A stretch of 64,000 nt of DNA from the human T2T-CHM13v2.0 reference genome, Homo sapiens, in the NCBI RefSeq assembly GCF_009914755.1, contig NC_060928.1; one strand, given 5' to 3'. Positions 44,231-58,456 of the stretch are shown one piece after another. The position numbers were made by a program, and so were the translations under genes. How positions within the stretch are numbered: the stretch's first letter is position 1; each line of letters begins with the position of its first letter. The notes under the pieces are model-generated. The model worked only from the letters and a program-made list of their open reading frames with translations, was not told the DNA's origin and made no database searches.

Positions 44231-46507
44231 TTTTATAGAAATGAAAACCAAAGAAAATTGAATAGATAGAATATTTCTGAAAACAAAAGACACATTTATA
44301 TTTAGCATCCTCCAAATGGAGAAAGGAAATGGCTATGGAAGCAGTCATGTTTTGCATTTGTCAGTTCTTTTTATACCTATAAAAAGTGTGCCATGATGTG
44401 CATTCAAAATTAATATGCTCTATAAAGAAAAAAGGAAAACCAAGAACTGTCATGATATATAATCACTCACTCTTTAAGTACATAAATAATTTTAATAAAA
44501 TGATGCCTGGAATATGTGGCACAAAATAGACAATAAATATGTATAAAATGTCTTGAAAAGAATGGTATATAATGAAGTTCTGTTTATTTTAATGTCATTT
44601 GTTTATGAATACATAGCTTAGAAATAAAAAATATTGAAATTAATATCTCTTCAAAAACTTGTACTGAACACTTACATATCCTTTCAATTTTCCATTAACT
44701 GGAAACAAATGATGCTCCATCTTAATGATTACATATTTGATTATTTCTGAAAGTTAATATTTTCATATTTGGGTATTTATGCAGTAAGACATTCCTTTTT
44801 AAAAAATTTTGTATTCTACCAAGGGACTTTGTAAATAGAGCATGTATCTATCCCAGGGTAGCAACTACCTAGTAAATAGGTCCAGATGTTTGGGATAACA
44901 ACTTTCCACCTGCATGTCTTTAGGACTCCTTTGCCTTCCCCCTCTCTCCCTCCCACCAAGTTCCCTTCTGTCATGTCTTATTTAATGTAGCAGATGTGGA
45001 GTAACTAGAGACAATACAACAGCTTTTTAGAAATTGAACAATTACATATTTTATCAGCATGGTAGTAAAAAGCTATCATGTCTTTCAAGCTCAGAAGACC
45101 ATTCAGTGTTAAAAATGTTTAAATAAGCTTATAATTCTCAGAATATGATTCACTGGTTTTCAAAGAATACTTCACAGGCCAGCCAAAAAGAATATAAGGA
45201 GGGAGGATGGATTTTTCTTGCAAAATATATAGTTTAGCCTAAATGTTATTGCTGCACTTGAAACCAAGTAGAATTAGAGAGATGACAAGGTTTAATTTTC
45301 TAAGTGAGTGACATAAAAATAGCACTTGAAGGTGAAATATGTGTCCTGTGTGATATAAAAGGAGAGTGTCTTTAGGGAAGCCTGTCCTGTCTGAATAAAG
45401 GGAACTCCAGCAATATTTTGAGTGTACCCAAGGGTTCATCTATTCTCATGCAGATGCAATAACGGTGGTTCTGTATGGCAAACTCCCTTCCATGCATGAT
45501 GCTGGCTCCTGTGCCAACCTGCTGAGGGAGAGAAAAATGATTACGTTATATGTCCAATTGATTCTGCCTCTCTTGTGGAGTGTGTCAAATAAATTGCATT
45601 TTTCCTGAGCCCATTTAGATAGAGTATTATCCTGCTGTGTTCCTTTGGATCCTGTACAGATTTCTGATTGCTGAATTGTAACACTAATCATAATAATTAT
45701 CTATGTAATAAGTTCACAATATGAATTGTTACAGATGGTCACATTTTCTATCACAGAGCAATCAAGCCTATTTGTACAATCTACTTGCTTCTAGATAAAA
45801 CAAAAGGCAACATGTAAGTTTCTGTATGTTCATCACACATTATAAGTGGCAATTTAGGTCTAGTATGTCAGAGAAAATGAGACATGATAAGAGCGAGTGC
45901 TAAAGAACTTTTCAATAAAAGCATATTTGAATTTTGCTGTTAGTTTTACAGATATTATCATTATATATCCAATTAAATACTAAAGATTTATTTTTTCCAC
46001 AGCAAGTAATTTCCTTTTTTCCTATCTAAAATCTGAAATTCATTTTGACAATGGAGGACATGCAAATGAATTATAATTCAAATACAATAACAATATAAAT
46101 ATAAGTTATTGAAATAGAATGTGAAGCATATTTATGACCTTCACAAAAATGTTCTTCTAGGATTGACTACAATTGGCAGCAGTTACTTTCTCTGTCACTT
46201 TAACAGTTGCCATGTGAGGTTTTAGTTGAGTTAAATCTGGTCACCATACACAAGTGATGTCATAACTATAATGTTGAAAAGATTCAGGCATACTTCCTTT
46301 ATTGCTGTTTCCTTTTTTTCTACTTTACAGATACTGCATGTTTTACAATTAAAGGTTTGTGGCAACCTTGCATCTAATAAGTCCATAGGTGCCATTTTTC
46401 CAACAGCATGTTTTCACTATGTGCCTCTGTCACATTTTGGTAATTCTCACCATATTTTAGATAGTTTCTTATTAACATATCTGTTATGATGATCTGGGAT
46501 CAGTAAT

Positions 46508-47261
46508 TATGTTAACTTATTTTGCAGTATGAAGGAATATCTGAGGCTGGGTAATTGATATGGTTTGGCTGTGTTCCCACTCAAATCTCATCTTGAAGTG
46601 TAGTTCCCATAATCCCCACGTATTGTGGGAGGGACCTGGTGGGACCCGGTGGGTGGCAGTTACTTCCATGCTGTTCTCATGATAGTGAGTGATTTCTCAC
46701 GAGATCACATGGTTTTATAAGGGGCTTTTTTTCCCTTTTGCTTGGCACTTCTTGCTGCCACCATGTGAAGAAGGATGTGTTTGCTTCCATTTCCACCGTG
46801 AGGCCTTCCTGGCCCCGCGGAACTGTGAGTCAATTAAGCCTCTTTCCTTTATAAATTACCCAGTCTCAGGTATTTCTTCATAGCAGCATGAGAATGGACT
46901 AATATAGTAATTTATAAGGAAAAGATGTTGATTTGGCGCACAGTTCTGCAAGCTGCACAAAAAGCGTGGCACCAGCATGTGCTTCTGGTGAGGCCCTCAG
47001 GAAGCTTGCACTCATGGTAGAGGGCAAAGAGGGAGCAGGCATGTCATGGGGTGACAGAAGAAGCAAGATAGAGAGTAGAGAGAGCCAGACTCTTTTTAAC
47101 AAACAGATCTCATGTAAACTCGTTACGGCAGGGAGGACACCAAGCCATTCATGAGGGATTCGCTCCCATGACCAAAACACCTCTCACTAGGCCCCACTCC
47201 CAACAGTGGGGATCACATTTCAACATGAGATTTGGAGGGGACAAATATCCATACCATATCA
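46508..47261 (-). mobile_element. MSTB-like solo LTR inside Tigger1
   Basis: Ends ACCATATCA at 47261. 5-bp TSD GTAAT (46503-46507) / GTGAT (47262-47266). Confidence 0.88.
46556..46906 (+). mobile_element. THE1 (THE1D-like) solo LTR inside the MSTB
   Basis: TGATATGGTTTGGCTGTG...GAATGGACTAATATA. Perfect TSD GTAAT at 46551-46555 and 46907-46911. Confidence 0.9.
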
Positions 47262-50200
47262 GTGATATTTGATGTTACTATTGTAATTGCTTTGGGGTGC
47301 CGTGAACAATGCTCGTACGTCACTAAACTTAATCGATAAATGTTTTGTGTGTTCTGACTGCTACACTGAGTGGTCGTTCCCCTATCTCTCTCCATTTCCT
47401 TGGGCTTCCTTATTTCCTGATATATAGCAATATTGAAATCAGTCTATTAATAACCCTACAATGGCCTCTAAGTGTTCAAATGAAAGAAAGAGTTACATAT
47501 CTCCCACTTTAAATCAAAAGGTATAAATGATTAAGCTTAGTGAGGAAGGCATATCAAAAACCAAAGTAGGCCAAAGTCTAGGCCTCTTAACAGTTAGCCA
47601 ATTTGTGAATGCAAAGAAAAAAAAGTTGGAAGGAAATTAAAAATGCTACTCCAGCATATGCATGAATGATAAAGTGAAACAGCTTTATTACTGATATCAA
47701 CAGTTTTAGTGATTATGGTAGATTAAACCAACCACAATATTCCTTTGAGTAAAAGCCTAATCCATAGCAAGGTCCTAACTCTTCAATTCTATGAAGGCTA
47801 AGAGAGGTGAAGAAGCTGCAGGAGAAAAGTTGGAAGCTAGCAGAGGTTGGTTCATAATGTTTAAGGAAAGAAGTCCATCTCTGTGACATAGAAGTGCAAG
47901 GTGAAGCAGTAAGTTTTGACGTAGAAGCTGCAGCAAGTTATCCAGAATATCTAGGATGGATCATTGAGGAAGGTAATTACACTAAACAGTTTTTTGATGT
48001 AGAAGAAACAGCTTTCTATTGAAAGAAGATGTCATCCAAACTTTCCTAACTAAAAAGGAGAAGTCAATGCTTGGCTTTAAAGCTGCAAAGAAAAGGCTGA
48101 CTCTCTCATTAGAGATTAATTCAGCTGGTGACTTGGAATTGAAACCAATGTTCATTAACCATTGCAAAAATCCTAGGGCTCTTCAAAATTATACTGAATC
48201 AATTATGCCTGTGCTCTATAAATGGAACAACAAAGACTGGATGACAGCATATGTCTTAAGGCATGTTTTACTGAATATTATAAACCTGCTGTCAAGATCT
48301 ACTACTCAGAAAAAAAAAAAGATTTCTTTCAAAATATTCCTGCTCAGTGACAATGTATCTGGTCACCCAAGAACTCTGATGGAGATGTGCAAGGACAGTA
48401 ATATTGTTTTCATGCTTGCTAACATAATATCCTTTCTGCAGCCTATGGATCAAGAAGTAATTTCAGCTTTCAAGTTTTATTATTTAAAAAATAATAGCCT
48501 TTTATAAAGCTATAACTACCATAGATGGTCATTTTTCATGGACCTGGGCAAAGTAAATTGAAGATGTTCTGGAAATTATTCGCCATTCTAGGAATCATTA
48601 AGAATATTTGTGATTCATGGAAAAAGGTCAAAATATTAACATTAAGAGGAGTTTGGAAAAAGTTGATTCCAACTCTGGTGAACGACTTTGAGGGGTTCAA
48701 GACTTCAGTGGAGACAGTAACTGCAGATGTGGTGGAAATAGCAAGATAATTATTATTAAGAGAAGTGGTGCCTGAAGATGTGTCTAAATTGCTACATTCT
48801 CATGATAAAACTAAGGAATGAGGAGTTGCTTTTTATAGATTAGCAAGGAAGTGGTTTTTTGAGATGGAATCTATTCCTGGTAACAGTGCTGTGAACTTCG
48901 TTGAAATGAAAACAAAGGATTTAGAATATTACATACACTTGGTTGATAAAGCAGCATCAAGATTTGAAAGAACTCCAATTCTGAAAGAAGTTCTACTGTG
49001 TGTTAAATGAATCAAACAGCAGCACATGCTACAGAGAAATCTTCTGTGAAAGAAAAAGTCCATCAGTGAGGCAAACTTCACTGTTGTCTTATTTTAAAAA
49101 ACTGTCACAGCCACCCCAGTCTTTAGCAACCACTGCCTTGATCAGTCATTTATAGCCGTCAACATTAAGGCAAGATGCTTCACTGGCAAAAAAGTTTATT
49201 TGCTGAAAGCTCAGATACCCAATAACATTTGCTGGTAATAAAGTATTTTTAAATTAATGTATATACATTATCTTAGAGACAATGCTATTGCACACTTAAT
49301 AAGCTGTATTATAAGTAAACATAAAATTTATATGCATTGAAAAGCCAAAAAAAATTGTTTGACTCACTTTACTGCAATATTTGCTTTATTACAGTGGCCT
49401 GGAACCAAACAGTAATGTCACCAAGATATGCCTGTATCTTGGTTCTGTTTTCTTGTTGCTTATTCTGAAATGTGGCCCAATGTTGCTGACCAATGTTTTC
49501 ACCTAGTTTGTCAAAAAATTTCATTGCATCATAGAGACAATTACTTTTCCTCAGACTTTCATTCAATATTTTATCTAAATCAAAGTAGACTTTCACCTGA
49601 TGAGAGTAGAAGTATGGAAGAACATGCTTGAAAAGGCTAGCAACCCTAATTATCTTATTCCATCTTGTATCTATTAATGAACAAATAGTAGACATAAATA
49701 TACATATATTATCTATGTATATATACATATATACACATCTATATGCATGTGTTACCTATGTCAATGTATAATCATATAATCTATTCATCTAAAAGTAGGA
49801 TTATATTCTATTCCTCTGTTCTTTGAGTTCCTTCCTGGTTTTATCAGTGTTTAATGTTTAGTCACTAAAAATTTCCACTGTTCCATGCTGAAATAAAACC
49901 AGACAGGAGTTTTGTTTAGTAATTTCACATCAGTTACGGTTACATATTGTACCATTTCCAGTGTATTCTCAGTATTAAAGCAGTTTTTAGAAGTGACAAT
50001 AGTGTAATTTTTGAATATCCATTTAATTACACATATATGCCTTAATACATTTTATCCTGAATGGAAAAAAATACGTTTGAATAAACACAATAGTTATGTT
50101 ATCTGAGAAGCGAAGGATTCAAATATTCTTCAAAAAATAAAAACATGTGAAGCGAACCTTCTTTCTTTAGTTTGTCCTTTTGACTCTGATATCTACCTGG

Positions 50201-50709
50201 TAAGTTTCCTAAAGCTAATGCAATCTTTAACTCTGTATTTTTTTTAGCTGCAATTCTGATTTCTTCATATTTTCTGAAAACTTGAATTCTTCTTTTTTTG
50301 TAAAGAATAAGCCTTTAAAATTCCCAACTTTCTAATTTGCAAACCAAAGGAATGAGAACTCTTCTGGAACAGCCAGAGAAATTACTTAATACCTTTAAAC
50401 GTCAATAGAAAATAAAGAAGACAACAGATATCACGTTCCTTTTGGTGCCTGACAGATATTTAACTGGATAATTTCAAAGTGTTCAACTATAAATAAACAA
50501 TTCACACTCAATATTATTTTTATTAGATATCAAAGTATACATAGGTGCAGAAAAAAAACATAAATATGCCACAGAGGTTTTTAAAACCATGTGCTTTCTT
50601 TCTGGCTACAAGTGTCTGAATTTTTCCAAGTCTATGTTGTTACATAAATGGTTTTTAGGCTAAGTTACATATTTCTTTTGGTTATTTTTAAGAGTGAAAG
50701 TTACAAGAA

Positions 50710-50830
50710 CTGATATTTATTGTGTGCTTATTCAGCCATGTATTGTGGTAAGTGCTCTATATGTATTATTTTATTTAATCTCTACAAATTCATGTAGAGG
50801 GTACAAATATCATCCCATAGATCTTGTTTT
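50710..50830 (-). mobile_element. MIR fragment
   Basis: ATTTATTGTGTGCTTA...TAAGTGCTCTATATGTATTATTTTATTTAATC. Confidence 0.65.
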
Positions 50831-50894
50831 CAAGAAAAATATTCTGGGCTATGGAAGATGTGGACATACAAAAGATTCTGTAAATGTCTTTTCT

Positions 50895-51199
50895 AGTTTT
50901 TTTTTTTTTTTTTTTTTTGATACGGAGTCTCACTCTGTCACCAGACTGGAGTGCAGTGGTACAATCTTGGCTCAATGCAACCTCCTCCTCCCATGTTCAA
51001 GTGATTCCCTTGCCTCAGCCTCCTGAGTAGCTGGGACTACAGGAATGCGCCACCACGCACGGCTAAGTTTTGTAATTTTTTGGTAGAGACAGGGTTTCAC
51101 CGTGTTGGCCAGGATGGTCTCGATCTCCTGACCTTGTGATCCACCTGCCTCGGCCTCCCAAAGTGCTGGGATTACAGGCGTGAGCCACTGTGCCTGGTC
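50895..51199 (-). mobile_element. AluSc-like
   Basis: CTGTCACCAGACTGG and AGGATGGTCTCGATCTC. 18-bp TSD TCTGTAAAT(G/A)TCTTTTCT at 50877-50894 and 51200-51217. Confidence 0.93.
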
Positions 51200-51989
51200 T
51201 CTGTAAATATCTTTTCTTACAAAATATTACTTCCAGATTCCAGGTGTCAAAGCATAATTTTCACAAGTTAGAAATACAAATACAAAATGGATGTTTTGTA
51301 CAAATACAAAACCAAAATACAAATATAAAATGGATGTTTCTCAAAGATTTATTAACTCATTAATGATTGAATGCATATATGTGTAATTAAATGGATATTC
51401 AAAAATTACACTATTGCCACTTCTAAAAACTGCTTTAATACTGAGAATACAATGGAAATGGTAAAATATGTAACCGTAACTGATGTGAAATTACTAAGCA
51501 AAAATCATGTCTGGTTTTATTTCAGCATGGAACAGGGTAAAGTTGTTTCCGAAAGTATTTTGAGGAACTCAGAATTTACAGGGATTTTAAAGTTTAAATA
51601 TAGAATTGGTTAAGGTCTGACAGAACAGTAAAAACTATATGTTGGAGATAATCTTTTTAAAATGAATATTCCTTACATCTTTATCAAACAATAAGAAGTT
51701 AATGTATAACTTTGAAAGTCTGAACTCTTTAATTAATGGTAAAATTCAAACAGAAATGCATTCCCCTACATGATTAAATAATCTTTGAGTGAGCTTAATA
51801 AACAATGTTTCCGTACTCTCTTGACCTTATTTTTTTTGTTTTTCATAATTTTTCTTTACACAATTTTCAGCCCTAACTCTTGGCACCTTGTTTGTGGTTC
51901 TGATGTCATTCACGCTCTGAGGCTTGCTTATCCTGCAATCTTTCTATTTAAGCCTTCTTCACTTTCTGATATTCTATAATTCCCCTACA

Positions 51990-52460
51990 AAATGTAAGTA
52001 TGGGTTTTTCTTTATCATTTCTCTTTAGAACTTTCAGGGCCCTTTCAAACTGGGACATCAAATAATCTGGAAAATGTATATTCATTATTACTTTGAGTAT
52101 TTATTACTCTTCATTTTTATTTCTTATGTTTTTGAAATAAATATGTTATCTAAATATTAGCACTTTGGTTTCTAATATCCCTATCTCTTAGCTTATCTTT
52201 TAATCTTTTACATTTTTAAAATTATTTCTTTTTCTGAGAAGTTTTCTTGAGCTGATCTTCCCATTTACTAATACATTTCTCATCTCTAACCATATAACTT
52301 AATTCTACCTATTTTATTTATCTATTGTATATGATATATTCTCTTTATTTAGTATTTTTTCCTACTCTTGCTGCATTTTTATATTATCTTTCCATTTCTT
52401 TTTTAGTTTATTATTTGACCAGTTTTAAATCTTGATAAATATGTTTTAATAACTCTACTT
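51990..52460 (-). mobile_element. Old L1M/HAL1 ORF1-like fragment
   Basis: T-rich, with GGGCCCTTTCAAACTG...CTGGAAAAT...ATTATT motifs. Confidence 0.5.
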
Positions 52461-55400
52461 CTGACAAAACCAGTAGCGTCTTTCTCAAGTGTCTTGTTAT
52501 TTATATCTAGGAGTTTATTTTCCCTTAGGAATAAAAGCGACTCTGTCAATGCTTATGGAGGAAAGTCAGAAATCAAGTGTCAACTCCAATACGCTAAAGG
52601 AATTTTGGGGGAAATGTGGATGGATGAGCCCCAGAGGGGAAAACCCCAATTATCAATAAGCCATTAATAATGGCTGACCCCATTAAACAAATCCTTAGGT
52701 AAATGGTTTCACGCTTTGACTCCCAAGAAGAATTAGCTTTAGAATCGAGGATCTCTGCAATAGATACGAATCCACCAATCAGGGAGTTTGAAGGAGAAGG
52801 TATAGGAAAGTAGCTTTCCAAATTTATTCCCCATTTTGTCAGCTCCCCCATAAGCACAGGATTTCTGTGTTGTTCCGATTTTGTTCTTGAAGATACTTGT
52901 ATCAGAGCTCTGAATAGTCATAGGTGAGGACAGGAACCTTTTGTTTTAATGTAGTTTCAGGAGAGAAACAGAAGCAGAGCTCCCATAGATCCTTTCTATT
53001 TTTTATGGGCTGACTTCTGCCCAATCAAAGCCACCCCCTCACTCTTACCAGTTCAAACTTCTCTCTGTCACCGCAAAATTTTCTGTATTTCCAGTTGTTT
53101 TGATTTGCTTTGTATTTTTACTTCTATGGTTAACTGTCATGTTAAATTTAAAATAATACTTTTTATTCCAATTATACTAGTTTTACTATGAAATAAACAG
53201 TATAAAGTAAAAAAATACAGTTTAAGCACAAAAATTCATTATACAGTTTCTATGAAACGAAATCATAGTTCTTTTAATGGAGTTGTTCTACAATCTACAC
53301 ATATTTCTTTGCATTATTTTAAGTGAATTGCATGGGGGGAAAGGAAGACCTAAATATCTTTCTATCTTGATTTTTTGAATAGTGGCTATAACCACATTAT
53401 CATTTGAAAATACTCTATTTTGCAAGGTCAGGAAATGTAGCAAAAATCTTTAACATTAATTTAGAACTAGTTGAAAGGCAGCAAAATCTAGGCCTTTCAT
53501 CTATTCTTGAATGATTTCTTATTCAAACTCAGCTGGAGTTCTCAGAGCAGAATGTTCTGCTTTCTTGGATCCTCAGTCAAGGAAACCTTTAACTCACTCT
53601 ATTTCATAATAAATCCAGGTAGAGCCAGTTATGACAAAATACATGATGGTGTGCCCTACTTTAATAGTGGATGGCTTTCAATTCTGCTGTAATGTATGTT
53701 CTCCATTCATTGATTTATTTCAAGTAAAAACAAGTAAAACAATAAGCTAACTAATATCTCCTGAATCAATTTTAAATATATTTAAGCTATTCTAAGCAAT
53801 TTTAGGTTAAAAAAAGTCTGCTGTTTGCGAAGACTATGAGCAACTGAGTTACATAGTTATTGTTACAAAAGGGTCATAGCTCAGCTTTTGTGTATTAATT
53901 ATTTTGCCAGCTATTATTATGAATGGCCAAAATGTGTGTATGTTCTTTTTTTCTTTTTTTTTTCAATTTGTAAAACATGCACAGCATGTGGTTATCTGAA
54001 AAACTGATATAAGTACTCAAGACTTTTGTAGAAAGATAATACTGTACTTTAAAGTTAAATTTTAATTGTAAGCTCCACATCTTAGAAAATGGAAGAAAGA
54101 TAAATTAATAACATACTTCTACAGAATTAAATTGGGAAGTGAAATGCATTTGGTATGCGAGACGATTACTACTACCTATGGGAAGACTTGGTTATTACCA
54201 TCCATAGGATGATAGTTACTGTTTATCAGGATGCTACCCTCTAGAGCTACTAGTTCATTGGGAGTACTGATGTAAATTTTTGATCTTTTTATAACAGCAC
54301 TAGATGTGTTTCTTATATCAACTCTAGCAGAAGCAAAAAAATTTCCAAAAAAAAAAGATGTGAATGAAAATGGTTTGATCCACAAGTACTTCAAGTACCA
54401 TTGTTCTTTTGTGTTTCAGGTTATAATGCATGTCCTTAACACACATCCTATTTTTCGCATAATGTAATAACAACACTGCTGTTACATAGTGATTGGTATT
54501 ATAAAATGTGCTGTGAGATAAATGCTGTTATTATGAAAATCCTATTAGCAAGTCCCTATGTACTGTACATGCAGGGCCGATTTATTAACATACCCTCTGT
54601 AGTCACTTTCCCAAAAACAGTTTTACCAGCTATGAAATACTATGCAATAATGCCATTAATAAATGTATCTAATTGCAGTATATAAAAGTGAAACATTGAA
54701 TAGCTTGAAATGGTTGCTGTGAATGGTGAGATTATTTCAAGTAGATGTATTGAGTAAAGGATAACTATGCTTCCCCTTTTTTATACTGCCACATGTCAAG
54801 TAATAGATCATTTAAGTGCATAGTCAGACAGCTGGGCTAACAAGAAAAAGTTGGTTCTTTTATAAAAAGCTGTCAGTAGATGGCAATGTGACTGTTTTAT
54901 AAGGCATTTTTATTCCATATGGAACTACAAACTTGAGATCATTCACATTTGCTACCTAAATTACTGTAATTTTCCCCAAAAAAAGAGCTCCAAGAGCCCT
55001 TTTAAACTATTCTTTAAATAATTGATAGTTACAAATGAAAAGCCAAGCCTAGAATTTCCAAAGTGATCAAAGTTGTTTTAATTTTCCATTGGTCAGGGTT
55101 GAATAAAAATAATGTTACAAACTATACCATCAATAACTAGGAATTGCAGAACCTCCATTTCAAACTGAAGTACTTTTAGCAAATCCACATCATACCCTCA
55201 CTTAAGCACTGCAGCCAGCTATGGCCCAGTGGTGCTGCACTATTAATACAGACCCAGAGGAATGCTGTTGCATTGAGAAAAGTTATTTTGGTATGTTTTC
55301 ACTCTTTCTTTTATCCTTCCACCCTTCTCCAAATAAATAACCTTTGATGTTTCTAGTGATGTGTTATGTAAATACACATGCATATATAATAACATATAAT

Positions 55401-55696
55401 ATTAAATATGCCTTAAAATTTAAAGCATCCTAGGCAGTCTTCATATACTTCAAAGGCCATGGCTTCTGAACTCATTGCACAGTATAAAAACTAAAAAGGA
55501 ATAATAAATTCTGGAGAGAAATTCTAAGAATTTTAACTAATGGGAAAATTCTGAGAATGAAAAAATATGTTAAAACTCTTGAATAAATTCTCACAGAATA
55601 TACTAAGATATTATTCAGTTCTACAGAATTATTTCAATGTATTGAACCTTAAACTTGTGATTCCATTTTGGGTTATGCGAGGAGTTAAGAGATACA

Positions 55697-56107
55697 CAGT
55701 AATTCCGCCTTATGTGTGGTTTTGCTTCCGACTGCTTCAGTTACTCATGGTCAGCTACAGTCTAAAAATATTAAATGAAAATTTCCAGAAATAAGGAATT
55801 CATACATTTTACTTTGCACACCTTTCTGAGTAGTGTGATGAAATCTCGTGCTGTCCCACTCTGTCTTGCCCAGGATACGAATCAACACTTTGTCCAGTGT
55901 AGCCACATGTGCATGCTCCCAACTCATTTGCCACTTAGTAGCCCTTTTGATGATTAGGTCTACTGTGGTGGTATTGCAGTGTTGGTGTCAAGTAACCTAT
56001 ATTGTACTTAATAATGGCCCCAAAGTGCAAGAGTGATGATGCTGGCAATTTGGAGTGCTGAAGAGAATATTTAAAGTGCTTCCTTTAGGTAAAAAGCTGA
56101 ATTTTTT

Positions 56108-56139
<32 letters not shown>

Positions 56140-57053
56140 GAGATGGAGTCTTGCTCTGTTGCCCAGGCTGGAGTGCAGTGGTGTGATTTTGACTCACTGC
56201 AACTTCTGCCTCCCAGGTCCAAGCGATTCTTATGCCTAGCCTCCCAAGTAGCTGGGATTACAGATGTGGAACACCACGCCCGGCTAATTTTTGCATTTTT
56301 GTTTTTTATAGAGATGGGGTTTCATCATGTTGACCAGGCTGGTCTTGCCCTCCCGACCACAGGTGATCTGCCCGCCTGAGCCTCCCAAAGTGCTGGGATT
56401 ACAGGCATGAGCCACCACGCCTGTCCAAAACTTCTTGACTTAATAAAGAAAGAAAGAAAGAAAAAAAAAAAAAATCCTGTGCAGAGGTTGCTAAGAACCT
56501 TGGTAAGAATCTTCTATCTATAAAATTGTGAAGAAGAATAAAAAAATTTTTGCTAGTTTTGCTGTCACACTTCAAACTGCAAATGTTAAACAAAAGTGCA
56601 TGATAAGTGATTAAAGATGGAATGGGCATTAAATTTGTGGGGAGAAGACATGAACAGACAACGTGTTCCAATTGGTGGCAAGGTGTTCTTCCAGAAAGCA
56701 CTGAATGTACACAGACATCAGCAAAGAATTCCCTGAAATGAGTGACACCAACCTAGTTATTGGAAGTAGGGAAAGCCTACACAGATTCAGGAAGAAGAAG
56801 AGTCTAAGTACAGCACATTATTTTGACAGAGGGAGAGACCATATCACATAACTTTTATTTTACTATATTGCTATAATTGTTCTATTTTATTATTATGGTT
56901 AATCACTTATTGTGCCTAATTTATAAATTAAATTTCATTATAGGTTTGTGTGTATAGGAAAAAACATAGTATATACAGGATTCGGTACTACAGGGGGTTT
57001 CAGGCATCCACTAGGGGGCCTTAGACCCTATCACTTGATAATGGGGATGAGTG
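55697..57053 (+). mobile_element. MER44 (Tigger7-derived), split by an Alu
   Basis: Start CAGTAATTCCGCCTTAT...TTCAGTTAC, internal AATAATGGCCCCAAAGTGCAAGAGT, end TTCAGGCATCCACTAGGGG. Confidence 0.85.
56102..56426 (-). mobile_element. AluS (Sx/Sq-like)
   Basis: Poly(T) plus full dimer containing CAGGTGATCTGCCCGCC. Confidence 0.92.
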
Positions 57054-57074
57054 TATTATCAGGAATGAGAGTCT

Positions 57075-57235
57075 ATGAAGGGGCAATGTGGTATAATGAG
57101 GAAACATTATTCAGTTAAGAAATGTAGGTACTAGTCATAGTTTCATCTACAAAAAGTCCATTAAATAATCTGGGTTGCCATTTTATCTGTAAGAAGAATG
57201 AAATTAACTCATAGATATCTAATATTTCTTCAGTT
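57075..57235 (+). mobile_element. MIR fragment
   Basis: GGCAATGTGGTATAATG...ATCTGTAAG...AGATATCTAA. Confidence 0.5.
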
Positions 57236-57529
57236 TTCCTTAGCAACCAAAGGCCTCACCTCACTTTGATCAGTAAGGTACCTAAAAAAAAGATAAATCC
57301 TGGGGATCCTATTCAGTTCAGAATCTCTAAGACTTGATTAGATTTCTCCCCAAATGAACTACTCATCAGTTCAAATCTCAGAAATCAATAATTACAAGGG
57401 TGGCTTCTTTTTCCCCCCATAATTCCTTAGCTTAAGTCTTGAATATGGTAAAGGAAAATTCATAAACTGCAAAGGATCCTTGGATCCGTAACAGAATAAC
57501 TTTGACAGTGTTTAAATTAAGAATAGCAT

Positions 57530-58251
57530 TGAAACCACATTTGCAAAATTATAACTGAGGAAATTATGTCAGTGAAAGAGATCAGACCTAACCGACCCCA
57601 TCTTCCTTTTAACCTCTAAACTTTCTGTTCATTCCTGGGTGTAGGCCAAACTGGTCTAGGGAAGGAATTTCGTTTATAGTTTAAACTCTGAAACAAAACG
57701 GATAATAGCTCTTTCCCGAAAAATCCCATCTTGCCTGGGGAGCAGTCTGCCTTTGTAGGACTAACAAGTTAGCTAAAAGACTGGATATCTCACGGGTTGG
57801 GGGCCATGCAGCCCCTGGCTGCAAGAGTCTAGAACTCCCCAAATTCCTCCTAGGAGTAACATCACTATTGCAAAACCTAAGATCAGTGCTTGAGATATTT
57901 TGCAGACCCTGCATTCCGATGCAGCAGATGACACCACTCAGACTGATAATCTGGCTCAACCAGTTCTGCGATCCCACCCAGAACTCAGCAAGAACTCACT
58001 TCGACCCCCTATGATTTCATCTTCAACCCCACCAGTCAGCACTCCCCACTTTCGGAGCCCACACCCGCCGAATTATCCTTAAAAACTCTGGTCCCCAAAT
58101 GCTCCAGGAGACTGATTTGAGTAATAATAAAACTCCGGTCTCCGGCATAGCTGGCTCTGCGTGAATTACTCTTTCGCCATTGCCTTTCTCCTGTCTTGAT
58201 GAATCGGCTTTTTCTAGGCAGCAGGCAAGGTGAACCCCTTGGGCGGTTACA
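57530..58251 (+). mobile_element. Solo LTR8-family LTR (ERV1)
   Basis: TGAAACCACATTTGCAAAATTAT...GGGCGGTTACA, AATAAA at 58126-58131, 4-bp TSD GCAT at 57526-57529 and 58252-58255. Confidence 0.92.
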
Positions 58252-58456
58252 GCATCTCTTGTGGAAATAATGAATATAATTTCAAATTTGCTTATATTTA
58301 AGAATTAAAGGACATAGTAAACTTGCTTTTTAAGTTTGATTTTAATAATTCTTAAAAAATCAGTACTTCTCTTTTAATGATTTATTTTCAATAAATCTTA
58401 GTAGTTTGTATTGTTAGGACAAATGCATACTAAAAATAAGAGGTTTGATTTTTTCC

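Larger units (their letters stand above)
46285..49434 (+). mobile_element. Full-length Tigger1 DNA transposon, dead transposase, with nested LTRs
   Basis: TIRs CAGGCATAC / ATATGCCTG+TA. Transposase starts MASKCS at 47461. Fragments 48019..48507 (LLSDNVSGHP, LQPMDQEVI) and 48525..48749. Confidence 0.94.

Noticed and set aside
48019-48749. Domesticated Tigger (TIGD-like) gene
   Set aside because: The transposase is fragmented by many stops and frameshifts.
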